Shown here: positions 22,048 to 31,648 of the stretch, piece after piece | Layout: every line of letters begins with the position of its first letter | How positions within the stretch are numbered: the first letter of the stretch is position 1 | DNA from: a phage | DNA: 64,000 bases | Assembly (NCBI GenBank): GCA_026110335.1 | Contig: GCA_026110335.1_3055.1 | Reading direction: 5' to 3' (one strand) | The notes under the pieces: generated by a model | Told to the model about the DNA's origin: nothing | What the model saw: only the letters and a program-made list of their open reading frames with translations | Databases searched by the model: none | Program-made: the position numbers and the translations under genes

Positions 22048-22198
22048 TAGTAGATAACAACACAAATGTTAAATATGCACACATACCCTGAGCTAAAGCT
22101 TGCGAAAACACACTGCTGGCATCAATACAGATAGTTAAAACACATGCTACTATCCAACAAATAAATGAAATAACTCCTAATAATTTTGCGATATTCAT
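22040..22198 (-). CDS. hypothetical 52-aa hydrophobic peptide (ac-like position and size)
   Basis: 'MNIAKLLGVISFICWIVACVL...'; GAGGAAAAT-ATG; hairpin upstream. Confidence 0.4.
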   Translation of the reverse strand: MNIAKLLGVISFICWIVACVLTICIDASSVFSQALAQGMCAYLTFVLLSTND

Positions 22199-22205
22199 AT
22201 TTTCC

Positions 22206-22286
22206 TCACTGGCGTCCGAAGACGCCTTTGGTTTTAAGATTGTTACGATAGAACTGCATCACGTGTTCATTGTGGAAATTACTCAT
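22206..22286 (-). CDS. stp: 26-aa Stp-like peptide
   Basis: '[26 protein letters not shown]'; TAATG overlap with ndd stop; size and position match T4 Stp as recalled. Confidence 0.5.
22211..22226 (-). other. C(UUCG)G hairpin inside the stp 3' end, just upstream of next SD
   Basis: GGCGUC-UUCG-GACGCC on the minus strand. Confidence 0.55.
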
Positions 22287-22744
22287 TAATATGCCTGCAA
22301 AACAAATTTAAAGTTATCAGCCAACATACGATTCATTTCTTCAAGTGTTTGATACTCAGAATGATGATTACGAGTAAACGCCAAAGCTAACTGTCCTTTT
22401 CCAAATCCCGTCGTCAAAGGTTTCATCTTAGAAGCAGGCAGATAAAATACTGTGTATGGAACATTGTTATTTGCAATAGTACGTGCAAGCTGAGACCGAC
22501 GTTGACGAATATGACTTAGAACTGCGCTGAATCCTTGCTTAGAACGTTGATTACCTACATAAAATCGTGCAGACACACATGGATTACTAAATGGACGACC
22601 ATCTAATTTACTTACTAAAAAGTAAAATCCAGGTTTAGACAAAATGTCTTTATGCGGAGTTCCAAAAACCCATTCACCGCCCTTGATTGTACCAATAACA
22701 GTAGCACCTGCATTATTCAGATCAGTAACAGTCATGTATTTCAT
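22286..22744 (-). CDS. ndd: nucleoid disruption protein Ndd
   Basis: 152 aa from 'MKYMTVTDL' (GAGGAAATTAAT-ATG); matches T4 Ndd as recalled. Confidence 0.8.
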
Positions 22745-22802
22745 ATTAATTTCCTCTAAATTATTTTCTACTCCAAGGCCGCATGAATACGCGGCCGATA
22801 AA

Positions 22803-23018
22803 TTAATCGTCACAGTCGACGCTCAATTCCCAAAACTCTTCTACGGTATAAGTTTCAGTATCATTTTCAATACAGAAACGTTCATTACTGTTATTTGCTA
22901 AAGTAGCGTTAACTGTCGGTTTCTCGCTAGTGCTCTTAAGAGGTGAAATACGAATTAACTGATCACCGTTATCTAAACAGAAAATTTCACCAACTTTTAC
23001 ATCTTTAAAACTTTTCAT
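22803..23018 (-). CDS. hypothetical protein
   Basis: 71 aa; ATG with GAGGTGA SD. Confidence 0.5.
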   Translation of the reverse strand: MKSFKDVKVGEIFCLDNGDQLIRISPLKSTSEKPTVNATLANNSNERFCIENDTETYTVEEFWELSVDCDD

Positions 23019-23133
23019 AATTCACCTCAAGGAGTATAAAATCCGAATGCAGTTGTTGACCATCCCATCCAATATGGGAAATTTGCACCAATGTAAAACA
23101 TGAGAATATAAAACCAAATGTTTAGTAAATTCA

Positions 23134-23331
23134 TCATTTTACACCATTCCAAATTGTTTCAACCACAGATTTTAAACCATTTTGATGAATATCAATTCCG
23201 ACTACCGCCATCAAATAGATTCCAACTACAACTGAACCTAAGGCAAAAATCAGCATGAAAATGAATAAAGCCGGAAAAATATTATCGAAAAACCATTCAA
23301 TAAATGTAAAAGCACTGCGTTTACGCTTCAT
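23134..23331 (-). CDS. hypothetical membrane protein
   Basis: 65 aa from 'MKRKRSAF' (GAGGAAAAT-ATG); one TM segment. Confidence 0.45.
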   Translation of the reverse strand: MKRKRSAFTFIEWFFDNIFPALFIFMLIFALGSVVVGIYLMAVVGIDIHQNGLKSVVETIWNGVK

Positions 23332-23338
23332 ATTTTCC

Positions 23339-23452
23339 TCACATAAATCCAAAATAAACGTTTAATACATCAATCATTAAAACGATTGGGAATATACTCA
23401 AAACTATTAGTATTATAACTACATTCCATATAGCTTTAACAATCTTTTTCAT
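23339..23452 (-). CDS. hypothetical 37-aa membrane peptide
   Basis: 'MKKIVKAIWNVVIILIVLSIFPIVLMIDVL'; GGAGG SD; the longer track ORF would swallow the promoter. Confidence 0.35.
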   Translation of the reverse strand: MKKIVKAIWNVVIILIVLSIFPIVLMIDVLNVYFGFM

Positions 23453-23695
23453 TTTCTGTTCCTCCGTAGTTGATAGGGTAATAGTACCACAAAGGAACAG
23501 TCTTGTAAACAACTTTTTTAAAAATATTCGTAATAAATGTGAATACCAACTACTACCGCTGAAACCTGTGCAACCCACCACGCGCAAGCAATAAGTACAG
23601 AATTCAAAATTTTCATAATAACCTCATCACAAAAGTAAATGTTAAACAAATTACTGGAATACTAATTAACCAAACAAAACACCACCACAATGAAC

Positions 23696-23959
23696 TCATA
23701 GTTCAATCTCAATGATTTCAAGATTATTTTCTTTAATAGCTTTCTTTAAATCATCGTAAATAAGAACTTCCCAAGAATTGTTTAAATCACCATTCAACAA
23801 ACGCTCTTGTTGCAATTTATCAGTCAGATATGGTTGATCTGATTCATATTTAGACAATCCCAATGAAATAAATGATGTTGCATCGTCAATTTCAGAATAT
23901 TGTACATAAACAAATTCACCTGTGATTTTATGTTTAACATAAAAGAATTTAAATTTCAT
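23696..23959 (-). CDS. hypothetical protein
   Basis: 87 aa; own early promoter at 23987-24016. Confidence 0.5.
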   Translation of the reverse strand: MKFKFFYVKHKITGEFVYVQYSEIDDATSFISLGLSKYESDQPYLTDKLQQERLLNGDLNNSWEVLIYDDLKKAIKENNLEIIEIEL

Positions 23960-23986
23960 TTTTGTTCCTCTGTAGTTGATAGTTGT

Positions 23987-24016
23987 ATAGTACCACAGTC
24001 CTTGTGGTATGTAAAC
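23987..24016 (-). promoter_or_regulatory. early promoter with palindromic spacer
   Basis: GTTTAC, spacer TACCACA-n5-TGTGGTA, TGGTACTAT -10. Confidence 0.45.
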
Positions 24017-24032
24017 CGTTTTGTGAAATTTT

Positions 24033-24590
24033 TTAAATGGAAAGATACCATCCGTTGTAGTTGCTTTTTCTTACAACCTTACGAAGGTCTTCTCTATCAC
24101 CGATGAACTTCGGAGTGTACTGGATGACACCTGGGTGAATTTCTTTAGTGTTGAATATAATTATACAGTCAGCGACCTGATGATTCAGAATGGGCCCTAG
24201 ATTTATTCCAGAACCATATGGATACTCTCCGCTGCATCCTGTTGTTACAGAAATCCAACGTGAGTCAGTTTGATGTGTCTTAACTTCTACACGAAGCCCG
24301 CAGTATCTTGGATGCGCCAATACATCCCATGCGTATGTATACGGGTCATTAACGTCCTCTTGGCCTTTGTTAACATACCCGCTTAGCCAATCTGCTACAA
24401 AAAACTCTGCGTACACCGCGATACGGCATCTTTCGATAACTTCTGCTTTATCCTGGTTCGGGTTTTGTTTTAAAGAGTATCTTGCTGTATCAGCAATTTT
24501 GACCTTCATTTCACTAGTCAAATCACTGTTCGATAGGGTAAATGTCGGAATCTGAAATAGTCTCTGTAAACCCGGATTCGTTTTCTGCAT
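24033..24590 (-). CDS. denB: endonuclease IV DenB
   Basis: 185 aa; position between ndd region and rIIB; length and sequence match T4 DenB as recalled. Confidence 0.75.
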   Translation of the reverse strand: MQKTNPGLQRLFQIPTFTLSNSDLTSEMKVKIADTARYSLKQNPNQDKAEVIERCRIAVYAEFFVADWLSGYVNKGQEDVNDPYTYAWDVLAHPRYCGLRVEVKTHQTDSRWISVTTGCSGEYPYGSGINLGPILNHQVADCIIIFNTKEIHPGVIQYTPKFIGDREDLRKVVRKSNYNGWYLSI

Positions 24591-24852
24591 TTAGACTTTC
24601 CTTTTTACCGCTGAGATAAGCGTTATATACTTTAAGAGTGCCGTAATAAATTCGGTCATTTTCATCTAAAGACTCACGGTCAAGCTCATCGAGTTCCTTT
24701 TTATCCATGACTATAACATCATTACAGTAAAGAAACCCAAGTTTTTCGTGACCAAACTCAAATTTATTACAGTACACAATATTAGCGTGATGATTTCCGT
24801 GTAGAGAAATTTCTTTTATGTCGGAATCACCGATATTCATACAATAAATCAT
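24523..24852 (-). CDS. hypothetical protein
   Basis: 110 aa from 'MIYCMNIGD' (AAGGAAAATT-ATG after a UUCG hairpin); overlaps denB start by 68 nt. Confidence 0.45.
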   Translation of the reverse strand: MIYCMNIGDSDIKEISLHGNHHANIVYCNKFEFGHEKLGFLYCNDVIVMDKKELDELDRESLDENDRIYYGTLKVYNAYLSGKKESLNAENESGFTETISDSDIYPIEQ

Positions 24853-24889
24853 AATTTTCCTTAAAACAAAGGGGCCGAAGCCCCTTATT

Positions 24890-25084
24890 TTATTTGAATT
24901 GTGCAATTCTTTTCTCTAAACAATCTGCATAAGATTTCATTGAGATAAATTGTGAAAGCAACAGTTCTTGCTCAACTGCATTAACTGTTAGAAACTTTGT
25001 GCTTTCTAAAAATTTGCTCAGTGCATTAATTTTGAGCATTAATTGATCGTATTCTTCTTTTACTCGTGCTTGATAACCTAACAT
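24890..25084 (-). CDS. hypothetical protein
   Basis: 64 aa; AAGGAAAATT-ATG after hairpin. Confidence 0.5.
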   Translation of the reverse strand: MLGYQARVKEEYDQLMLKINALSKFLESTKFLTVNAVEQELLLSQFISMKSYADCLEKRIAQFK

Positions 25085-25116
25085 AATTTTCCTTAATATG
25101 ATAAGGGCCGAAGCCC

Positions 25117-26055
25117 TTATTTAAATTGTTCAGTAACGTCTTCAACTACTTCGTATTGGCAGGTACGCATTTTAGCATCGTTGTAATCAATCGGAATTGA
25201 TACTACATCACGCGGATGTACTTTAACTTTTACAACTCGGCTGGTTGAACTGCCAAAGTGACGAATATAAGATTTAGAACACACATGCAGACCGCGAGAA
25301 CAAGTTTGTGTATCATCGTCATTCACACGAGTACGTGGCATTTTAACTACTTTACCAGGACTGTTATCAAAGGTGTTTGAGTGACAGTCAAAGTAATTGT
25401 TGCGAACTACTTTCCAAGCATAGAAGTAACCATCTTCTGTAATTTCAATATCGTTTGCTACCAAGAAATCAAAGAGTCGAGATACCGCTTTTTGGCTTGG
25501 GTTTTCCAACAGATTTTCCAAGAACGGAAAATAAAATTCAAAGTTTTCACCTTTTTCCATCGAATCGAGAATACGATCAACCAAACCAGACCGCAATTCG
25601 ATATTTTGATAGAACAAGCTTCCACCTTCAATTCGAACATCGCCGGAAATATATTTTTCAACAGCGCGACGAACATTAATTTTTTGCGCAGCTTCTTCCA
25701 GCTTATCCGCTACAAGCAGATTAAGAATTTCCTGGAAGTTTGAATGAGTATTAGGAGTTGCGTTATAAGTTACACCGTCAACAGTAATTGAAATGAATTT
25801 TTTAGATGCATTCCAAATAATGTCAGATTTAGCAACTGGAGCAATAACTGCATCGCTATTAACTTTAACTGTAATATCACCGCTAATAGTAACTTTAGGG
25901 CGTTTAGCTTCTTCAGCATTTTTCAAAACACGACGGATTGTGTCAACCGATACACCTTGCCAATCAGCCAATTCCTGTTGGGTGTAATTACCACTTGAAT
26001 ACAGCTTAACAATTTCAGCTTGTTCGTTTTTGGTCAGGCATTTAATATTGTACAT
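25117..26055 (-). CDS. rIIB: rIIB protein
   Basis: 312 aa; matches T4 rIIB as recalled; hairpin plus AAGGAAAATT-ATG upstream. Confidence 0.9.
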   Translation of the reverse strand: MYNIKCLTKNEQAEIVKLYSSGNYTQQELADWQGVSVDTIRRVLKNAEEAKRPKVTISGDITVKVNSDAVIAPVAKSDIIWNASKKFISITVDGVTYNATPNTHSNFQEILNLLVADKLEEAAQKINVRRAVEKYISGDVRIEGGSLFYQNIELRSGLVDRILDSMEKGENFEFYFPFLENLLENPSQKAVSRLFDFLVANDIEITEDGYFYAWKVVRNNYFDCHSNTFDNSPGKVVKMPRTRVNDDDTQTCSRGLHVCSKSYIRHFGSSTSRVVKVKVHPRDVVSIPIDYNDAKMRTCQYEVVEDVTEQFK

Positions 26056-26066
26056 AATTTTCCTTA

Positions 26067-28244
26067 TTAGGCCGCAAGGGCCTTCATAGTTTTAGCGATT
26101 TGGGAAACTTCATCATCACTTAAAGAATTGCGATAACCGATGAAGTCGGAAACAATACGGAATTTCTTGGTAAACTCAGCAACCATTTTATCACTGTTTT
26201 TTGAAGCATTATTTGATAATACATCAAAAAGATTAGTTACTGTCCAGATGTCATGACCGATGGTATCTCTTCCACCATTAAAATATACACCCTGTAATGA
26301 ACTAACCATATTAGCGAGTCGTGTATATTCTTCAGAAACTTCATCTACACTGAAGTACTTCATCATAAAATCTAGTTCAGGATACTTGATAATTTTATCA
26401 ATATATCGTTTAGCTGAACTTGAATAACCTACGTACTTATCATAATCTACATCATCAAAAGCATCTACATATAAATCACGCAAAGCTTCAAAAATACATT
26501 GGCACTGACCGAGTTCTTTTACCTTTTTCTGTAAAAGCGGACGAATAACATAAAATTCATTAATGCCAATAAGATTAGCCATACGAATCAAAATATTCGT
26601 AGATGAATGACAAAGAGATGTAGTACCATCCATAGAGAAAATATCAGAACGATGCATATACGCTACATAACCAGTAATTTCATCTGCTTCTGACGTAAGT
26701 GTAAATAGTTCCTCTTTTTCCCATCGCCCATCTTTAATTTCAAATTTAAATGCTGTAGCAGCTTTAGGACGAGGAGCTTTACTTTTAACTACCTTTGGAA
26801 TATAGCTTTTAACTAAAGCTTCGATTTCTGACAAATAATGAATGTTAACTTCATCACTTTCAAACATTGCCATAATATCAGGAAGCAAATCAATCTGCGA
26901 TTCTACTTCTGGGTTAATAAACAGAAGACGCTCATTGTGATGAATATTTAAAGTATTATTAAATTCACTATCATCTAACGCACGTGCTAATCCACGGACA
27001 ATATTAACACGATTTTTAATATCATCAATAACGATATTAATTTTTGTTGTATTAATACCAAACAGACGATAGCTTGATGCAACGGCTGAAGTTTCATGGC
27101 TTTGCTTAATACGTTTCAGCCGAGGGTCAAGATTTACTTCATACACAACTCCTGCATTGCATAACTTACTGTCAGGTTCAAACATGCTCTGCATCTTCTT
27201 ATATGACAGATTTTTAGTCGTGAATTTGACTGAATTACTAATCATATAATCTCGAGCAGAATACCCCATCTTCATTAATTCGCGATATGTATGACGAGGA
27301 GATGTAGATTCTTTAAATCGTTTTACATCTTCATTAAATGCTTTCTCACTGAGTTCTTTAACTCGTTCAATAATATTTTTACGAGTGCGATCATCCAGCG
27401 AAAGAGCCTCGCGAGATGGAGCAATATCAAGTGAACCCATTGGAAACTTAATGTAATTCACTTCATTGCGAATGCTTAACCAGTTGCGGTCTCTAATAAC
27501 ACCATCAATAGGATAAACAATACCGCCGTAGATAGCATATAATCCACCACGATCAGGCCAGTATCTTTCTGGATTTACACCGTAATAGTCATCAAAATCC
27601 GGAAAATAATCAATTTCGCGGTCAAGACCATTAATGATAGCCAAATCTTTGAATGGTCGCATGATATAAGAAACTTCATAAGCAAAGTTTCTAAAGTCTT
27701 TTTCTTCAACTGGAACTACGATTTCAATACCAGTTTTATCATCTGGACCCATTTCTTTTACGAATGTAGGTTTAATCTGCGGGCCATCGCCATCCATGTA
27801 AGCTACATAACCACGAATTTCACCTTTATGATACGAAGTAATACTAAATGTATCAGTATAACTAAATGGAGATTTAGAACCTAAACCAAATCCGCCAATG
27901 AAATCATTAGATTCAGCCTTAGATGAACTGAAGTATGAATTATACAGACCAGGAGAATTATCATCACCCTGAATATCAAAATCACTCATACCCGGACCAA
28001 AATCTCGACAAACAAATCGTGGATCTAAACGTCCAGGAACTTGTATGATAAATTTTTCAGGATTTCCATTGAGTGCATGGGCATCAATCATGTTAGTAAT
28101 CAATTCACGGACTACTGCGCGAATTTTGTTTGTATACAAATCAGATGACAGAATTTTAAATACTTTAGGAGATGCTGTGATGCTAAATGCTTTTGATTTA
28201 GAACCATTACCAAGAATAGTTTCTTTTTCAGTGGTGATAATCAT
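26067..28244 (-). CDS. rIIA: rIIA protein
   Basis: 725 aa; matches T4 rIIA as recalled. Confidence 0.9.
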   Translation of the reverse strand: MIITTEKETILGNGSKSKAFSITASPKVFKILSSDLYTNKIRAVVRELITNMIDAHALNGNPEKFIIQVPGRLDPRFVCRDFGPGMSDFDIQGDDNSPGLYNSYFSSSKAESNDFIGGFGLGSKSPFSYTDTFSITSYHKGEIRGYVAYMDGDGPQIKPTFVKEMGPDDKTGIEIVVPVEEKDFRNFAYEVSYIMRPFKDLAIINGLDREIDYFPDFDDYYGVNPERYWPDRGGLYAIYGGIVYPIDGVIRDRNWLSIRNEVNYIKFPMGSLDIAPSREALSLDDRTRKNIIERVKELSEKAFNEDVKRFKESTSPRHTYRELMKMGYSARDYMISNSVKFTTKNLSYKKMQSMFEPDSKLCNAGVVYEVNLDPRLKRIKQSHETSAVASSYRLFGINTTKINIVIDDIKNRVNIVRGLARALDDSEFNNTLNIHHNERLLFINPEVESQIDLLPDIMAMFESDEVNIHYLSEIEALVKSYIPKVVKSKAPRPKAATAFKFEIKDGRWEKEELFTLTSEADEITGYVAYMHRSDIFSMDGTTSLCHSSTNILIRMANLIGINEFYVIRPLLQKKVKELGQCQCIFEALRDLYVDAFDDVDYDKYVGYSSSAKRYIDKIIKYPELDFMMKYFSVDEVSEEYTRLANMVSSLQGVYFNGGRDTIGHDIWTVTNLFDVLSNNASKNSDKMVAEFTKKFRIVSDFIGYRNSLSDDEVSQIAKTMKALAA
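26070..26082 (-). other. hairpin between rIIA stop and rIIB SD
   Basis: GGCC-CUUGC-GGCC directly after rIIA stop, followed by AAGGAAAATT-ATG. Confidence 0.5.
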
Positions 28245-28254
28245 AATTTCCTCA

Positions 28255-28458
28255 TTAATTCATATTACGCTTAATAACTTCAGCAACTTCTAGTAGTTCA
28301 TCTTTAGTTGCGGTGTCGGATTGAATTTTATCTCTAATATCCTTAAAGCGGTTTTTAAATTCTTCGGCTTCTCCCATATCGAAAAAGCGTTGAATGATTC
28401 TATATTCTCGATGAACTGCTTTATCAAAAAGTTCTAAATTTACTCTATATGATTTCAT
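28255..28458 (-). CDS. hypothetical protein (rIIA.1-like position)
   Basis: 67 aa; early promoter with TGGTATAAT extended -10 upstream. Confidence 0.5.
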   Translation of the reverse strand: MKSYRVNLELFDKAVHREYRIIQRFFDMGEAEEFKNRFKDIRDKIQSDTATKDELLEVAEVIKRNMN

Positions 28459-28486
28459 TTCAATATCCTCATTTGCCCAATTAATT

Positions 28487-28513
28487 ATACCACATCCTTG
28501 TGGTAAAGTAAAC
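28487..28513 (-). promoter_or_regulatory. early promoter for rIIA.1/rIIA
   Basis: GTTTAC (overlaps gene 39 stop), spacer TACCACA-n4-TGTGGTA, TGGTATAAT -10. Confidence 0.5.
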
Positions 28514-30330
28514 TACTGGCTCATCCATTCTTTACGAAGGTCAGCGTTATCTCCCATGAGCATTTCAAAAAGCTCTTTCCAATTCTCAGGAAGTTTAACA
28601 ACATCATATACTGGATTTTGAATCATCTCACGATATTCAGATTTTTCCAAAGAGCCAAGTCCCTTAATATAACGGATGCTATGTTTAGGTAGAGCATCTT
28701 TGGCACTCTCATATTCAGCGACTGTATAAAACCATTCTTGTTTTTTACCGACCTGAGCGATGATTACAGGAGTTTTGACAAAGCGAATTCGTCCTTGCTC
28801 AAACAATTCTGGCCAATTACTAAAAAATCCGAGCAGAGAAGGATAAATGCTTCCTAGACCATCGTGGTCAGCATCAGTCATAATAGCGATATTATGATAA
28901 TTCAAGTTTTCAGCTTTTTCACCAAGAACTAATCCAGTGATTGCGCAAATATCAAATAGTTCTTTGTTTTTAAGCATATCTGCATAAGACATACCCCAGC
29001 TGTTGAGAACTTTACCACGCAATGGATAACCACCGTGAAGTTCTTTATCACGAACATCAATAAGATAGCCGATAGCAGAATCACCCTCAGTCAAGAAAAG
29101 AGTAGTATCAGCATCTTTACCACAAAGATTCGCTTTAATATGTTTATGAACCTTAGCTTTAGAAGCCTTTTTAGCTGCTTTAGTTTCTGCTGCTTTTTCT
29201 GCCGCCAATTTACGAGCTAGTGCAGCTTCAATAATCGGCATCAAAATCGCTTCATTATTTAGAATAGCGCGTGAAATCTTTTTAGCATCAAGTTGAATAT
29301 GACTACGGATTTCACCAAATGGAGAAGTCAAACGCTCTTTAGTTTGAGAATCAAATCGCATGTTTTTCATATCACGAACAAACATAACGATAGTCAAACA
29401 TTCTTTAACACGCGCTTTAGTTACATCAATTTTGAACTTGCGTTTGATTTGTGGAATAAGGTCTTCACAAATATCATCCATAACACAGTCAATGTGATGG
29501 CCACCATTCTTAGTGTGAATGTTATTGACGTACGTCAACTGACGAAAACCATCCGGTGAACGACCAACCGCAATAGAACAATTTTCTTGTTCTTGAACGA
29601 TAGCATGTTCATCATACTGTCGTGCATATTTCTTAAAATTGCCCTGAACCTTTTTACCATTAAAGGTAAATTGAATATCAGGATAAACAACAGCAAGTGT
29701 CTGGAGACGATCTAGTGTAATGTCAAGATAAACTTGGGACAGCTCATTAGTTTCAAATGACATAAAATCAGGAATGAAAGTAACACGAGTTCCTTTCCAT
29801 TTTCCAGGAATATCTTCCCATGATTTATTTTCCATGCCATTTGAACAACGAACTACAATATTATTTTGACCATCACCAGTTTCACCAACAAACATCACAG
29901 AAAAAATGTTTGTCAAACTAGAACCAACACCATTCATACCGCCAGTGACGCGCTCTTTATCATCACCGAAGTTACCACCTGCTTTTGGAATAGTCCATGC
30001 AGCAACAGGGCCAGGAATTTCTTCACCAGTAGGTGTTTTAACCATCGCTTGTGGAATACCACGACCGTTATCTTCAACTGTTACTTGATTGTTTTTAATA
30101 GTAACATTAATTTTATTTGCGAATTTAAACTTAGTACGAATACCTTCATCTACTGAGTTATCGATAATTTCATCAATAAGCTTAACAAGACCAGGTACAT
30201 ACTGAACACTTTCCCATTTACCAAACAGAAAGCGCTCATGCATTTCATTAGCAGAAGAGCCAATATACATGCCGCTACGCTTTTTGATATGTTCAATATC
30301 GCTCAGAATTTTAATTTCATTCTTAATCAT
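28513..30330 (-). CDS. 39: DNA topoisomerase II large subunit gp39, fused 39+60 form
   Basis: 605 aa from ATG at 30330 (GAGGA SD); GyrB-like ATPase motifs 'EIIDNSVDE', 'DNGRGIP'; single uninterrupted ORF. Confidence 0.9.
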   Translation of the reverse strand: MIKNEIKILSDIEHIKKRSGMYIGSSANEMHERFLFGKWESVQYVPGLVKLIDEIIDNSVDEGIRTKFKFANKINVTIKNNQVTVEDNGRGIPQAMVKTPTGEEIPGPVAAWTIPKAGGNFGDDKERVTGGMNGVGSSLTNIFSVMFVGETGDGQNNIVVRCSNGMENKSWEDIPGKWKGTRVTFIPDFMSFETNELSQVYLDITLDRLQTLAVVYPDIQFTFNGKKVQGNFKKYARQYDEHAIVQEQENCSIAVGRSPDGFRQLTYVNNIHTKNGGHHIDCVMDDICEDLIPQIKRKFKIDVTKARVKECLTIVMFVRDMKNMRFDSQTKERLTSPFGEIRSHIQLDAKKISRAILNNEAILMPIIEAALARKLAAEKAAETKAAKKASKAKVHKHIKANLCGKDADTTLFLTEGDSAIGYLIDVRDKELHGGYPLRGKVLNSWGMSYADMLKNKELFDICAITGLVLGEKAENLNYHNIAIMTDADHDGLGSIYPSLLGFFSNWPELFEQGRIRFVKTPVIIAQVGKKQEWFYTVAEYESAKDALPKHSIRYIKGLGSLEKSEYREMIQNPVYDVVKLPENWKELFEMLMGDNADLRKEWMSQ

Positions 30331-30355
30331 CACTTATCCTCGTTTGGTTTCGGGA

Positions 30356-30382
30356 ATATTATACTCCAATAATCATAAAGCT
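30356..30382 (-). promoter_or_regulatory. MotA-dependent middle promoter for gene 39 (candidate)
   Basis: minus strand TAGCTTTA (one mismatch to MotA box TGCTTTA), 12 nt, TATAAT. Confidence 0.4.
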
Positions 30383-30384
30383 AA

Positions 30385-30398
30385 AGGCCCGAAGGCCT
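30385..30398 (-). other. C(UUCG)G hairpin after the lipoprotein gene
   Basis: AGGCC-UUCG-GGCCU on the minus strand. Confidence 0.55.
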
Positions 30399-30659
30399 TT
30401 ATTTAAAACGGATAGTTGAATCCTTAAAGAACAGCCCAGAACATACTGTTCCTTCTACTTTCTGCCCAGTAGGTCCAATAGCACGAAATCCAGTATGCTG
30501 GAAATCATTTTCAGAGCAACCGAACCAATTATATCCAGTGATTTCAATATTAGTAAAACCACTTGAAGACAAAACTTTAGTTGCATTATCAGCATCAGTA
30601 CATCCTACTAAAGACACTACTAATACTAATGCTGCAATAGAACGATTAATATATTTCAT
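30399..30659 (-). CDS. small lipoprotein
   Basis: 86 aa; signal peptide with lipobox 'LVGC'. Confidence 0.55.
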   Translation of the reverse strand: MKYINRSIAALVLVVSLVGCTDADNATKVLSSSGFTNIEITGYNWFGCSENDFQHTGFRAIGPTGQKVEGTVCSGLFFKDSTIRFK

Positions 30660-30661
30660 AA

Positions 30662-30838
30662 TTACCCTTTAAGCAAGTCGTAAAAACCACCATTCACATG
30701 CTTAGGAGCGGAAACTAACCGAATAGCAATCCGATGACAATCAGGACATACATCAGTATCCCTTTCAGAAATTTTCTTGATTTTTTCGTATTCTTTTGCG
30801 CAGTCTTTGGATTGACATTTATAATCATAAAGAGGCAT
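30662..30838 (-). CDS. zinc-ribbon protein, FmdB-like
   Basis: 58 aa; 'YDYKCQSKDC...DVCPDC' two CxxC pairs; AAGGA SD; below the track cutoff. Confidence 0.5.
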   Translation of the reverse strand: MPLYDYKCQSKDCAKEYEKIKKISERDTDVCPDCHRIAIRLVSAPKHVNGGFYDLLKG

Positions 30839-30840
30839 AA

Positions 30841-31260
30841 TTATTCCTTAAAGTGAGCTTTCAACATCTGATACAAGGACCATGCCTGTTCATTATTTTC
30901 AATAATAACTTCCATGACAGGAAATTCGGCGAAATCTTCTATTTGTTCTTGCTCTTCCTGCTCTTGCTCTTCAGCTGCCTGATATGGATTTTCCACTTCA
31001 TCAAAGAACCCAGCTTCGTTAGTAGAGAGCCAGATAAAGTTTTCGTCAAGGATATCACCACCGGCACAACGTTTGAGCACACCTATGGATGTCATAATTT
31101 TAGTAGGACGCCCAAGATAATCAGCATCTAAAATTTTAAAAGGCTCCATACCTAAACGCCGCGCATAGATTCCGTTATCAGTATGGTCTTTAATAAAAGA
31201 CTCTTGAGCTTGTTTATTTTTAAATTGATACCATTTATTAACTTCAAATTTAATAGCCAT
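30841..31260 (-). CDS. hypothetical acidic protein (goF-like position)
   Basis: 139 aa; acidic '[13 protein letters not shown]' stretch. Confidence 0.5.
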   Translation of the reverse strand: MAIKFEVNKWYQFKNKQAQESFIKDHTDNGIYARRLGMEPFKILDADYLGRPTKIMTSIGVLKRCAGGDILDENFIWLSTNEAGFFDEVENPYQAAEEQEQEEQEQIEDFAEFPVMEVIIENNEQAWSLYQMLKAHFKE

Positions 31261-31478
31261 TAATAAATTTCCTTCCAGTAAGTTGTACCGTCTTCAGTGA
31301 TTTCACGGAATACACCATAAATCGGTTGTTTATCACCGACTTTCTCATACACATAAACAGAAGTCAAGTGAGTAAACTTGCTAGTATGTTCCTTTTGAAC
31401 TACTACCAAATTTGGATCAAATAATACATCTTCAAATTCATCATTAGTGCAATTCTGAACAATTTTACGTTTCATCAT
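31260..31478 (-). CDS. hypothetical protein (cef-like position)
   Basis: 72 aa. Confidence 0.5.
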   Translation of the reverse strand: MMKRKIVQNCTNDEFEDVLFDPNLVVVQKEHTSKFTHLTSVYVYEKVGDKQPIYGVFREITEDGTTYWKEIY

Positions 31479-31576
31479 AATTTCCTCATTAATTGAACAT
31501 TGGAGCGATGCGTTTCAGAAGAGTATCAGCGCACCTTTAACGAATTATTCATTTTATTCTTCAAGTTGTTTTCTGT

Positions 31577-31619
31577 ATCAGTAGTTGATATTGATATAGT
31601 ACCATAATCAACTACTGAT
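31577..31619. repeat. 13-bp perfect inverted repeat
   Basis: ATCAGTAGTTGAT ... ATCAACTACTGAT separated by 17 bp containing a promoter -10-like ATAGTACCA. Confidence 0.8.
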
Positions 31620-31648
31620 GTATATAGTTTTATGAAAAATTTTAAACT

